From Mytilus trossulus (taxonomy: Eukaryota), in the NCBI RefSeq assembly GCF_036588685.1, contig NC_086376.1:8184001-8248000 (forward strand): DNA of 64,000 bases, given 5' to 3'. Positions 24,686-37,578 of the stretch are shown one piece after another. A program made the position numbers and the translations under genes. Position 1 is the first letter of the stretch. Each line of letters begins with the position of its first letter. Below the pieces are notes generated by a model. It was not told the DNA's origin and did no database searches. It worked only from the letters and a program-made list of their open reading frames with translations.

Positions 24686-25358
24686 AAGTCGGCCCCATAC
24701 CTTGACTTACATATAGAAATGACAATGAGGGTTAGATGAAAACAAAACTTTACGACAACATTGATGATTTCAGCTTCCCAATTGTGAACTTTCCATTTCT
24801 AAGCAGCAACATTCCAGCAGCAGCTGCATACTGGGTATATATCTCCCAATCGATACGATATTCCCGTGCTTTTCCTATTATGATTTTCTTGATAGAGGGT
24901 TGCTGCTTACAAGGAAGCTATTAAACAAAGAGTTCCAAATGGTAAAGTTGAAATCATCCCTTCGTAAATTTTACGGACGCCACCACCAGTTGGTTGTCCG
25001 TTATGGAAAAACCGTTTCACTAATGATATCGGGTATGTTCAGTACGTCGTAACTACAATGCCTTTCCCTTTCATGATTGTGACCTACCGAATTAGACTAT
25101 TTACCGGATTCGTTATAACATAAGCAACACGACGGGTGCCATATGTGGAGCAGGATCTGCCTACCCTTCTGAAGCACCTGAGATCACCCCTAGTTTTTGG
25201 TGGGGTTCGTGTTGCTTACTAGTATTCTTTAGTTTTATATGTTGTGTCATGTGTTCTATTGTTTGTCTGTTTGTCTTTTAGATTTTTAGCCAGACGTTGT
25301 CAGTTTGTTTTCGATTTATGAGTTTGGCTGTGCCTCTGGTATATTTCGTTTGTCTTTT
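24686..25358 (+). mobile_element. 5'-truncated Penelope-like (Naiad-type, family 2) RT element, frameshifted
   Basis: KTKLYD..DDFSFPIVNFPFLSSNIPAA.AY.VYISQ.IRYSRA; shares its 3' UTR and 3' end with the 33481, 37245 and 60396 copies. Confidence 0.85.
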
Positions 25359-25763
25359 AATCAATATTCATATAAGTTACAATTTATGATTCGCACATGT
25401 TTTTTTATGATGTCTCACCAAATACATATTGGACAACACTTTCCATGAAAGAGAGTCGGAAGATTCAAAATGATATTCAAAATTATAAGACGACAATAAA
25501 CTAACAACACCGTGATAAAAAAAAAACAGAGACGGGCTACGCATGAATTATGCTCGTTTCATTATTGAAAAGAAAAGAATGTCAAAATTGAATGTAAAAC
25601 AAAAATGAATGATTTGTTTGCCTGATTCAATCAATAAAAACTCAATCTTATACAGGTAAAGACGATGAATGACATATATTTTAAACTTTAATTTAAAATT
25701 AAAAAGACGAAGAAAATTCCAATTGTACGAATTTGCTATTTATTTATATATATTTGTATCGCT

Positions 25764-25969
25764 TACTGTGGATTCATTTATTTTCGTGGGTATCAATTTT
25801 CGCTAAAAACTTGCATATTTGTGGATATTTGATTTCGTGGTTATGACAATTTCTGTATATTAAGCCTATTATAAATATGTATTTCGTTGCACATTTGATT
25901 TCGTGGTTAACCCATACCCACGAAACCCACGAAAATTGGTATCCAACGAATAATAATGAATCCACAGTA
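25764..25969. mobile_element. TA-flanked MITE with long TIRs
   Basis: TACTGTGGATTCATT ... AATGAATCCACAGTA. Confidence 0.85.
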
Positions 25970-26591
25970 TACGACCGGCGGTAGTATTTAGAGGTCAACT
26001 CGTTCATTTTGTCGTAAGTTAGGTAATTATATGGCGTCTAGATTAAAATACACACAAAAAGATGATACAGATTTTCTAGCCCGTGCCTTTTTTATCGTTT
26101 ATTTTTTTTATTATATTTTCATAATTTGAATATACGATTTGGTATATTATAAATCAAATTTGAGTATTGGAGTCAAATCAGTGCACAATAATTTGACATC
26201 TGATGCTCCTTTAAAAGGATTTCATGTTTTGTGTGTTTGGTTTTTATGTTATAATAATGTTTCATACATATTATACATGTGTTTTATTTACATAAATTAC
26301 CGATACCTTATTCCGGTCTAGTTAATTATGATATTAATACCGTTCATATCATTATCATTATGTTTTGAAAAGAAAGGCGAATAACACCAGAGGAACATTC
26401 GAACTCGTAGATTGAAAATAAATTGAGAACGCCATAGCTAAAAATAAAAAAAAACCAGACAAATGATAGTTCATAAGACACAACATAGAGCATGATAGTA
26501 CAACATATACAATCAGGCGAGCGAGCGATTTGAAAAAATAAATAAATAATAATTTGCAAATTTTTGAGGCTGATCTTCAAAAGTAAAGGCA

Positions 26592-27482
26592 AGCGATTAT
26601 AATTGTTTTTGTAAACATACACAATAATATCTTTTTACAGTATTGACCAAAACAAGATGTTTTAAAATTTTATTCACCACTTTGTCTTTGACATTTCTTT
26701 AATTTATCAACTGCTTATGTGTGTTTTCCCTCTGTTCACCAAGAACTAATTGAATGATAATTTCAACTGCTTTAAATTATCTCCATTGAAGTCATAGAAA
26801 TCTTTCTTCCTTCACCGCATATGACTTATAACTAGCAACAAGGTAGCTGTCTTGCAAGAAGCAAGAACTGTTCATCCTTCCAGAACACCAGTGTTCAACT
26901 CCATTTTTCGAGGTTCGAGCTGTTCGTTGATGTGTGCACATTTCAGTTTTTGTTTTCTAATTGGTTATCTGTGTCTCTGTCGTTTTAGTGTTCTCATTTT
27001 TTCTTTGTCTTCTTGATATTTTGTATATAAATAAATGGAGCGATTATAATTGTTTTTGTAAACCTATACAATAATATCTTTTTACAGTATTGACCAAAAC
27101 AAGATGTTATAAAATTTTATTTACCACTTTGTCTTTGACATTTCTTTAATTTATCACTGCTTATGTGTGTTTTCCCTCTGTTCACCAAGAACTAATTGAA
27201 TGATTATTTCAACTGCTTTAAATTATCTCCATTGAAGTCATGGAAATCTTTCCTCCTTCACCGCATATGACTAATAACTAGAAACAAGGTAGCTGTCTTG
27301 CAAGAAGCAAGAACTGTTCATCCTTCCAGAACACCAGTGTTAAACTCCAGCTTTTCGAGGTTCGAGCTGTTCGTTGATGTGTGCACGTTTCAGTTTTTGT
27401 TTTCTAATTGGTTATCTGTGTCTCTGTCGTTTTAGTGTTCTCATTTTTGTTCTTTGTCTTTTTGGTATTTTGTATACAAATA
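26592..27482. repeat. Recent tandem duplication, 2 x 447 bp
   Basis: AGCGATTATAATTGTTTTTGTAAAC at 26592 and 27039; copies nearly identical. Confidence 0.95.
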
Positions 27483-27758
27483 CGATGTGCCAATGATACA
27501 ATTCTCCACCATAGTCATAATCAGGATGGAACCAACCCTTAATGTAATAACTACCCCTTTCATGAGGGGTACATTTCAAGTTATATAAAGTATATTTACG
27601 TATAAAGGGCACGTATTAATTTTATTTGAAGAACATTTTCCTACTGAACTATACATCTTTCTGATATTATATGATCAACACATGTTCAAGAATTTTGTCA
27701 TATTTCTCACCTTGAATATAACTTCTTTATTATTAAAAACAGTGGAATCCTCTTTTAG

Positions 27759-27760
<2 letters not shown>

Positions 27761-27804
<44 letters not shown>
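27761..27804. repeat. Poly-T homopolymer (44 nt)
   Basis: Directly visible. Confidence 0.9.
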
Positions 27805-27808
<4 letters not shown>

Positions 27809-28049
27809 AAGAAGAATTTTCTCCCCTTTTAAGTAAAAAGTGATTTTTTCTGTTCTACAACAGTAGAACATGTAAATGAAACCCCTTGTCTGAGGAACAG
27901 TCCCTTATGTAATGAATTATGTATTTGGAGGGTTTTTCCCAACGTGATAATGTATTTAAAATTCGGCCTTTAACACACGTCTTTTTTTCTTTAACCAATT
28001 TATTAATGTTGTCTTATTTTGTTCACATTTCTTTTTTCAAATAAATAAA

Positions 28050-28667
28050 TCAATTTACTGATGCACGATAAATAAAGACAACAGTAGTATACCGCTGTTC
28101 AAAACTCATAAATCCATGGACAAAAAACAAAATCGGGGCAACAAACCAAAACCGAGGGAAACGCATTAAATATAAGAGGAGAACAACGACAAAACACCGA
28201 AACGCAACAGCACACAGAAACGGACCAAGCAACAGACAATACACCACGAGAATAACAAATATAACATCAAAACCAAATACATAAATATGGGATAGACAAG
28301 TACCATGCCACGTCTTATCTCAAAATTAAGAGAAAACAGAAACGACTCAACGTTAAAATGCAACACACACACAGAAACGAACAATATTATAACAATGACC
28401 ATCTTCCTGACTTGGTACATGACACTTTTAAAGGGGAATAAAAGTGGTGGGTTGAACCTGGTTTTAAGGCATGCCAAACCTCGCACTTTAATGGCACAAT
28501 TAAATATAACATTGAAATGAAAACAAAATATTACAGGACTACAATACAAATAAAAAGCAGAAGATATTAGACAAAGAAAAACATGATTAATAGATAACAA
28601 AAAGCATCAGGTTTAAAATTCAATACGCCAAAAACGCGTCTAGTCCACACGAGACTCACCAGTGACG
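28050..28667 (-). mobile_element. Short retroposon-like repeat with the four-helix motif, preceded on its 5' side by a degenerate hammerhead/retrozyme end (28591-28667)
   Basis: Reverse complement reads CGTCACTGGTGAGTCT...TGGCGTA...CCTGATGCTTTTTGTTATCTA, then later AACCAGGTTCAACCCACC...TGTACCAAGTCAGGAA. Confidence 0.6.
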
Positions 28668-31100
28668 AAACAAAAAGTGATATTTGATAGGATAAATGAT
28701 TTGACTCATATTGTCTTTCTTTGTTACTGTTAAGTTGTTTTTAATCCAATCGTTAATTTCTTTATTCTAATATTTCGTATTGTCGTTACAGTTGAATTTT
28801 AAATAGTAGTAACTGTAGTTTTTTATCCAGTCTAAACTAAATGCCAAATAACCTTAATTAACTGTCTGTGCATTTTATATCATCATCTTATATGATCGAA
28901 AAATTAAATTATTTTTTGGTTTGGAAAAATCGCATTGCCTATTTTCCTTTAACTTTGTATACCATTTTCTATCGGTATCTTCCTTTTCATTCAATGACAA
29001 TATTTCTCCTTGAAAACACAGGTTGTCGTTCTTTAAGCAGAAGTTACCTAGCTGTAGAAAAAAAACCCACAAAAAAACCCACAAAACATGATCTAATAAG
29101 TCAATCACAAACGTACCATCATCTATAAGGATTATTGAAATGTTAAGCATGTGGTTTTGTTATATGAATTGTTATGTGATGTTTTAATTGGTTTAAAAAC
29201 AAATTATCATAAAGAATATATTTCTTTTTCTAATTCTTAAACAACGAATCCTTTTCCTGACCCGTTGATTATTTCCATTTCATCTCAGTTCTTCATTGTT
29301 TAACATTCGTTGTGACGTCAATTGTTTTGTTGCTTTTATCTGCATTTCCTTCGTTTCTCTGAACGTCATGAAAAAAACGTTACAATGTCTGGTGAGTTAT
29401 ATAGAAAGAAAACCAATTTTATTTGCTAATTTTAAAGAAGCGGATTAAAATAATTTAAGACAGCAGGGAAGATTAAACCAAGTGAGTGGGTTCCTTTTAC
29501 TTCTTATTGGTCAATGATCTTGCGGGGTCAGCACAAGTTTACGTGCCATGTGTGCACTTCCTTTTATCATTAACTTTCGTCTTGATAACTTGTGATTCTA
29601 AAACATTGAGTGAAATTTAAATTTTGAATAAATGACTTTTTTTCGTCAATCTTGTTTTTATAGATATAGCAAAAGAAGCACAAACTCTGCCTGACATGTT
29701 TATATATCAATAAGATTATGGTATCTGTCTTTCTGTCTTAAAAGATCATTCGGAAGGAAATATTTAATTGGTCTGCATATCGATCAAAATTCGTTAGAGA
29801 AACATATTCCATCACCAGCCGGCCGGTTTATACTATTTTATGTCAAAAGAAATATTATTTCTTCCAAAATGAATTCATTTCTCATGAATTCACAACACAA
29901 TTCCAACAACATTTGAATTACTTATATGCATAAAAATAACAAGGCAACAAATTGGGTTTAATGATAGGTAATAACATTTAGGTACTTTCATTTATCGCAA
30001 AAAGAGACAAGAATAGTTGGCTACAAGGTTATCAGTACATATTAATTCTTAAAGACAATGTCTATTCTTAAACACTTAATATGGAATGTTGCCATTACTT
30101 TAAGATAAATGTATTTTAACGCAGTTGTATTAATTGAAACTGCATTATTAAATGAGCTGAAATTTACCTGGTTTCAATCAAAATTTGAGAGATATTTCAT
30201 CTTTTGAAAATGTGTTATTTTAATAGAAGTTAGCTTCAATATTTAAACTAAATTACAAGTTCTAAAGAATAAAAACAACTTCAGAAAATAAACCATAGTT
30301 CTACGTATAACAATGCAACAGGTTTTCCGATGGTTACATTTGTTTTCGCCACCTTTATTGACAAACCAATTTGGTTTGCCGTTGCAGTTGTAAAGCCAAA
30401 ATCAAGTACAAAATTGAATCGTCGTAGAAATAAATAGTGTTTAAAATTATTTCAACATTTTATAGACAGTAAATTAACAGAAAAGAAATATATCAATGTT
30501 ATTTCAGAACAAAAGTGATGACTACTTGGTTGGTTGAACTCTCGGAAACTAATTATCAATCCTTTTTTCTTCAAAAAGACTGTGTATAAAGAAACTTGGT
30601 AAAAAACGTTAACAACGCGTTATACATTATAGTGGTCTGATGCGTTTTGTTTGGAGTTACTTGCATCAGGAACATTTATGTCGAATAATTTAAAGCCAGG
30701 GATGAAAAAGTACATAAACAGTTAAAACGCGGTATAAACAAAAAGGATATAAAATCAAAATAGCAAAATCTATAAAATATAAGCGAATTGCCGGTGGACA
30801 GGATTATCACACGAAGTCACAATAAATTAAGAAACTGGATACCCGTTTATGTATATTTTGACGACCATTCATTCAATTTTTTATTATTATTTTTTTTCAA
30901 AGATTGAAGCAACCAATGCATCTTTTCAAACCCCTCTTAGTAATTTCGTACTGTAAATTATACCGGAAATAAAGCGTTTCCAAAATCGAAAAAATCGAAC
31001 GAAACTACAGATTAAATAGAAGATGTTTTGAATAAGAAAAAAATGAGACCTTGTGCAAATTCTTGATGAAATTGGTGGAGAATTTCAAATTAGAAAAAAC

Positions 31101-31401
31101 CGTTTCGTCCCCGAGGGTATCACCAGCGCAGTAGTCAACATTTCGGTGTTCATTTTGTGGTCATTTTAAAAAGAATTCCTGTTTACAATACTTAGAATTT
31201 TTCGAAAAACTCTTATTCCAGGCATAGATAACCTTTGCAATATTTGGCGCAACTTTTTGGACTTTTGGATTCACAATGCTCTTCAACTTTGTACTTGTTT
31301 GGCTTTATAAATATTTAGATTTGAACGTCACTGATGAGTCTTATGTAGACGAAACATGGGTCAGGCGTTCTAAATTATAATCCTGATACTTTGGATAACT
31401 A
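31101..31401 (+). mobile_element. 5'-truncated retrozyme copy
   Basis: CGTTTCGTCCCCGAGGGTATCACC ... GATAACTA. Confidence 0.85.
31325..31368 (+). ncRNA. Minimal type I hammerhead ribozyme (core intact)
   Basis: ACGTCA CTGATGA GTCT-TATGT-AGAC GAAA CATGGG TC AGGCGT. Confidence 0.7.
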
Positions 31402-31907
31402 CTTCAACGTTTCATATAACTAAAAAAGACCAAAACAGTTATGATATTAGTTTCCCAAAATAAGTCATTATTCTTGACAGTAGATTTATAAACAAATTAA
31501 TGTAAGTATCTATATTGAGTATCTTCTTTTGGCCTACAGTTTTCAGTAAGAAGAAATAACTCTCCTTAAAATTTGAGAAATCTTTGCAATAATCTTCTTT
31601 ATAGATATGTTTGATAAGAAGGAGCAGAAGGATCATACCAATAATGTGGTAGAAAAGTTGTTCCGTTGTCCAAATTTTCTTCTATGATTACCCATGAATG
31701 GCGAAAGATACTAAAGTGAAACTCAGATTCATAACTGACGCCATGGCAAAAACGTAAAACGATTAACAGACAAACACAGTATACAAAGCACAACATAGAA
31801 AACTAAAGTTCTATGAACTTTCTAATTAGTAGTCATACCAACTTGCACCAGATGCAATATTCTATATCAAACGTATCTTCAGTGATGCTCGGTACCACTC
31901 ATTTATA

Positions 31908-32360
31908 AATCTAAGCATAACGAAAGCATTAAAGAGCTGATAGAACCCAATCTAAGCATAACGAAAGCATTAAAGAGCTTATAGAACCCAATCTAAGCAT
32001 AACGAAAGCTTAAAGAGCTGATAGAACCCAATCTAAGCATAACGAAAGCATAAAAGAGCTTATAGAACCCAATCTAAGCATAACGAAAGCATTCAAGAGC
32101 TGATAGAACCCAATCTAAGCATAACGAAAGCATTAAAGAGCTGATAGAACCCAATCTAAGCATAACGAAAGCATAAAAGAGCTGATAGAACCCAATCTAA
32201 GCATAACGAAATCATTAAAGAGCTGATAGAACCCAATCTAAGCATTACGAAAGCATTAAAGAGCTGATAGAACCCAATCTAAGCATAACGAAAGCATTAA
32301 AGACCTGATAGAACCCAATCTTAGCATAACGAAAGCATTAAAGAGCTGATAGAAGCCATA
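31908..32360. repeat. 41-bp minisatellite, ~11 copies
   Basis: Unit AATCTAAGCATAACGAAAGCATTAAAGAGCTGATAGAACCC. Confidence 0.95.
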
Positions 32361-33480
32361 GTAAATTGAAGCCTGGACAAGAAATCAGACCAAACCAACA
32401 ACAAGATGACAAAAAGACAGTTTATAGTATATTTTAAAAGACAAATGTCTGTAGTAACTATAGTATCCCCCTCCCCGGAAAAAAAGAAAGATGTTCAACT
32501 TAATTTTGAAAATTCAATGCATTTCAGTCAAATCTTCGGATGTTCACCTCAGCTGGTCGTTTTGTTTGGTTTCTGGTTATTATTAGTTACCTAGATAACT
32601 AGTTCGAATTGTAAAACAAAAAAAACACACAAACTGATAAAAATTCAAAGTGGTTATCACCCGTTGAGTTGACTTAGTTCAATTTTTTTCTAAACAAATT
32701 GTATAAGAGAAAATTCATTCATACATACAACTAAGAAAACTAGAAAGAAACCAATCACTGCATGGACAGCCCATATATGGCAAATCAACAGATATATCAA
32801 TGAAAAGAATATTTACTTAATAACTATTCTTTCTTATAATAAATTAATTGGAATAAGACGGAAATCAAATATTAAAAAACCACATATAAACCAATATAAC
32901 AAGATTATTACACCACAGGGTTTTTTGGTCTTATTTTCAACTACGCAAAAACCGTTCATTGACTATCCGCCTATTCAAATAAGGATAAAATTACAATTAT
33001 TTTATATAAATCAAAATCAGTCCTTAAGCGTCAACTAAACGTTAACTTGACATCCAATATTTAGAGCCGATCCCATTAATAACAAGCTAAATCCTACGCT
33101 GCTCTCTTTCTGTTTCTTGTTTAATGGCCTTGTGACAAGTAAAAGAAGTATACAGTTACAGGTAAATAGCATAAAAGAAGAAGTATGCGTTAAATATATC
33201 TTTAGTAAAAGCCGCGAGTGTTTGTTATATCACAAAAGTTTTATCTAAATCTCATGAACCTTATAACCGAGATAGAAGTATGCTCCGTTCAACACGTTTT
33301 AATTTCAAACTAAAGGTGGGAGGGGAGTTTAATAAACCAAACGAAATCGATTATGCCATACTTTTTTTTCACCGAAAATATAGTTTACATTGTGTCCCTA
33401 GCTTGTTTATATAGTGCTTTCATAAAAAATAGTATAGTTGTACTAGCTGGGTTAATCGTTAATGCAAAATTATAATTTAT

Positions 33481-33840
33481 TTGACCGTTATGGAAGAACC
33501 GTTTCACAAATGATATCGGATATGTTCCTTACGTCGTAACTACAATCCCCTTCCCTTTCATGAATTTGACCTACCAAATTAGACTATTTTCCGGATTTGT
33601 AATCACATAAGCAACACGACGGGTGCCGCATGTGGAGCAGGATCTGCTTACCCTTCCGGAGCACCTGAGATCACCCCTAGTTTTTGGTGGGGTTCGTGTT
33701 GTTTATTCTTTATTTTTCTATGTTGTGTCATGTGTACTATTATTTTTCTGTTTGTCTTTTTCATTTTTAGCCATGGCGTTGTCAGTTTGTTTTAGATTTA
33801 TGAGTTTGACTGTCCCTTTGGTATCTTTTGTCCCTCTTTT
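33481..33840 (+). mobile_element. Penelope-like family 2, 3' fragment
   Basis: Near-identical to the reverse complement of 60396-60755. Confidence 0.85.
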
Positions 33841-34876
33841 ATAGATGGAAAAATAATAGATAATACAGTTCTATGTTAAAAAACGAGCAAATAAGACGTT
33901 GTATAGCGCTTAAATAAGAAAAAAGGAATACTTGAATTCGTTTCTTTTTTCATGCGTTAACCAACCAGCAATCAATTAATTATTCGATAAAACATGACAA
34001 GAAGTAAAGATTTGAAAACAAATTTCTCAAAATCATACGACCTAATTTGTTTTATAGATGACGACGGATTTGCTTCATTTGTCGTCACCACAATTCTGTT
34101 CTATTGTCATATGATATGACATACTGAACTAAATACTTATCGCCGAGAGTGTATTTTCATGAGCATTATCCCAAGTTTTACTTTTTGTGTTGCTCTGTCT
34201 AGTTTTGAACTGATTTAAAATAAAACAAGTTACGAATAACGAATTGACAGACATGAACTAACGACAACCACTGAACTACAGGTGCTTGATATTTTTACAT
34301 TCTGACTTTGTATTAATGAAGACTTCATATGTTTTTGTTTTCAGACGTTCGAGACTATTTCCATTATGGTTCTCGGTTTACAAAGATATGACAAACATAT
34401 CCCCGTTTCTATGATATGTTATCGTTTTCTCAAATAAGAAGTCATTTAGTTAATTAAGTTTTTGAAATTTAATCGTTGACATCCACCTTGCAAATGTTAA
34501 GAATAAGTTTACAAAAATGACACCAAATAAGTACAGAATATTTCACATTCGACAGTCTTCAATTAGTGAAGACATTTTGAAACATTCAGTTTTCATGAAA
34601 AAAAGTCAACCATAACTGCAAAAGCGTGACCAAGAGGCTTGATTAGAAACCAGATACTACTTTACACATACAAGTACATAAACAGAACATGATAAAATGG
34701 GTATTAATAGATTTTTTTCTTTGAAAATTCTTATTTGAATGACAACTTGTAAGATACATATATTTCAGCTGTATACAAATGTATTCTCACCAATAAATAA
34801 TCGACATTATTTAATGCAAGGACTGACAGGTATTCATGTAGTTTATGGCTCGGAGACCCTTTTGGTAATCTATTAA

Positions 34877-35307
34877 TCACTGATGAGTCTTATGTAGACG
34901 TAACGCGCGTCTGGCATACTAAATTATAATCCTGGTACCTTTTGATAACTATTTACACCACTGGGTCGATGCCACTGCTGGTAGACGATTCGTCCCCGAG
35001 GGTATCACAAGCCCAGTAGTCAACACTTCGGTGTTGACTTGAATATCAATAATGTGGTCATTTTATAAATTTCCTGTATACAAAACTTTGAACTTTTTGA
35101 AAAACTAAGGATTTTTTTATCCCAGGCATAGTTACCTTAGCCGTATTTGGCACAACTTTATGGAATGTTGGATCCTCAATGCTCTTCAACTTTGTATTAG
35201 TTTGGCTTTATAACTATTTTGATATGAGCGTCACTGATGAGTCTTATGCAGACGAAACGCGCGTCTGGCGTACTAAATTATAATCCTGGTACCTTTTGAT
35301 TACTATT
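34877..35307 (+). mobile_element. Retrozyme, ~1.2 units (unit 354 nt), two hammerhead motifs
   Basis: CTGATGA at 34880 and 35234; the first motif has GTAA instead of GAAA, the second is intact; internal GTCAACAC-TTCG-GTGTTGAC hairpin. Confidence 0.92.
35228..35271 (+). ncRNA. Minimal type I hammerhead ribozyme, intact; predicted cleavage after C35265
   Basis: Stem I GCGTCA/TGGCGT, CTGATGA, stem II GTCT/AGAC, GAAA, palindromic stem III ACGCGCGT, GTC triplet. Confidence 0.9.
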
Positions 35308-35374
35308 GGTAGGGAAGAGGCTGCAGATCTTAAAAAGAAACTGTATTTGACAGAGCAATTGGATTCATGTCAAT

Positions 35375-35672
35375 TGTTCAATAATTTAATTTTGGATGTA
35401 ACATGTCTTCTGATTGACTGACGTTATTTTGTTATCAGCCCATATCCATAATTTAGTCGTGTGACCGTGACGTCATCAACGTTTTTTCATGGTTTTCTAC
35501 GATTAGAAATGAAATATAGAATTAAATTAAAAGAAATAGTTTTTCGGTCTATCGAAATAACATAAAAAATGTGAGCCACACTGTTAAATATCCCACTACG
35601 CGCGTTATTCAGTGTGCACCACATATTTTATGTTATTTCTTCCTAGACAGAAAAAATATTACAGTCATTCCT
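35375..35672. mobile_element. Hairpin-type non-autonomous element
   Basis: Inverted repeat GAAATAACATAAAAAATGTG...CACATATTTTATGTTATTTC around a CG-rich loop. Confidence 0.55.
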
Positions 35673-37244
35673 TGATTCAAATATTCCAATTATACTGTAT
35701 TCGGGGACTACATTTTAAAGCTATGGTATTGTTTTAATACATAAAGATAAGATTTGAAAACCCCGATCAAGTTAATCTGCCTTATATAATATTTAATACA
35801 AATTGTCGAATTTGAATTTATATCAATTTAACTTAGTATTGATGTGCTACAGTAGTTATATATACTTTGACTAGACCTGTCTTTAATTTACCTGTTCGTT
35901 ATAAAAACAAATACAACAAATAGCAACCACGATGGATAAAATATTATAATAACAAAAATAATTATAAAGAATGACAGATGTGCAAACGGTTTTATTTGAA
36001 TATTCATAACAATATTTAAAAAAAAATCCATTTGAATGCTTTGAATATCTAACGATAATTCAAACATAAGGTTTGATCGGTTTTTCTTAAATATCTTGTA
36101 ATTCTCTTTGTTTTTGAAATAGTATGAGATATGATGTAACCGTAAGTAAGAAGTGAAACACGTGACGTCATTTGATGCAAAGGATTTACTTAAAACTTGA
36201 AATAGTAAAAAAATCCAATGCTATTGGCTTTTAACGGATTCAAAGTATCAAAAAATAGGCTCCATAATCTTGTGTCTACTTAGTGTTATTTCCGCGTGGT
36301 CATAAATAAACATATCGTTCCAATTATTCTCCAAATAATTATTTGACCTATCTATAAACATTCGTAAATAGTACTGATTATTGAAGAAACTCAGCAAGCC
36401 ATTCCACGTATGGTCTTATCTTTTACTATAAAAATAAATTGTCGGCAGATAATACTAAAGACTTGATTGTACGGATTAATTACAACGTAGGGGCAGTTAC
36501 CACGTGCTATTTTCTCAAAGCTGGCCAGGACTGTATATAGAAAGCAATTTGACGATGGCAGAATACAAAATCGCTTTATAACAACTTATTGACCAAGTTT
36601 TACCTCCTACTACCAATTACTATTAAATTATTTACTTCCAATCTCTGTTATGTTTCTTAGATTCTATGAAAACAATGATTTCTATGCAGAGCACGTTGTG
36701 TTCCCACTTTTGGTCACCTTAACAAATCTTTCTTCTTGATAAAGGTATGTCTACCAGATGACATTACAAAACTGTAAGTCATAGTCTCTTATCTAGCTTG
36801 ATTGGTATTCTAGTAAAAATAGACGCAGAAGATATCAAGGTGATATTCAAATGATAATGGTTCTGTTACATATGTTTCAAATATTTTAAATTAAGTGATT
36901 GCAGTTATTTACGTACATCTACTCGGTACAAATATCAAATTAAAAAAGATGGAATATGCGTTTCAAAAAATTACGAAATTAAAACTGCATTTCGGGTATA
37001 AAACTATACTACCTACGTAATATGAATATATAAAAATGAACGAAATTAGATAGAATAATCAAAGTTAGTATGCATATATTCAGTGAGCCAGTATAACTCA
37101 TTTATCTGGCAATTGTTTCTTAAATTTGGAGAATAAAACAAAAATGTTGTGACTTGGTACAGAAATTTTCTTATGTAGAACATGGTGGTTTGAACCTGGT
37201 TTTATAGCTAGCATAACCTCTCTTTGTATAACAGTCGTGTAACA

Positions 37245-37578
37245 GACGCCATCACGAGTTGGTTAACCGTTATGAAAGTTTCACAAATGATATCGGATAG
37301 GTTCCTTAAGTTGTGACTGCAAACCTCTTTCCTTTTCACGAATGTGACCTACCGATTAAAACTCTTAACTGTTTTTGTAATAACACGAGCAACTCGACGG
37401 TTGCCACATGTGGAACAGGATCTGCTTACCCTTCTACTGGAGCACCTGAGATCACACCCAGTTTTGGGGTTCGTGATGCTAAGACTTTAATTTTCTACGT
37501 TGTGTTTTAAGTACTATTATGTGTCTGTTTTTTCTATCTATGAGTTTGACTGTCCCTCAGGTATCTTTCGCCCCTTTC
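37245..37578 (+). mobile_element. Penelope-like family 2, diverged 3' fragment
   Basis: GACGCCATCACGAGTTGG...GGATCTGCTTACCCTT...GGTATCTTTCGCCCCT. Confidence 0.8.

Noticed and set aside
30610-30730. Possible further retrozyme remnant (also 18722-18780)
   Set aside because: Too decayed to align confidently by eye
31908-32360. CRISPR-like appearance of regular 36-44-bp repeats (here and at 43-52 kb)
   Set aside because: The units are head-to-tail with no unique spacers, there are no cas genes, and the context is eukaryotic
33623-33844. Repeated 73-aa hydrophobic ORF MPHVEQDLL... (also 60390..60611)
   Set aside because: It lies in the T-rich 3' UTR of RT family 2, starts at GTG rather than ATG at 33623, and is disrupted in other copies
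36660-36775. Possible isolated exon on either strand (splice-like ends, short open frames)
   Set aside because: No recognisable homology and no phase-compatible partner exons
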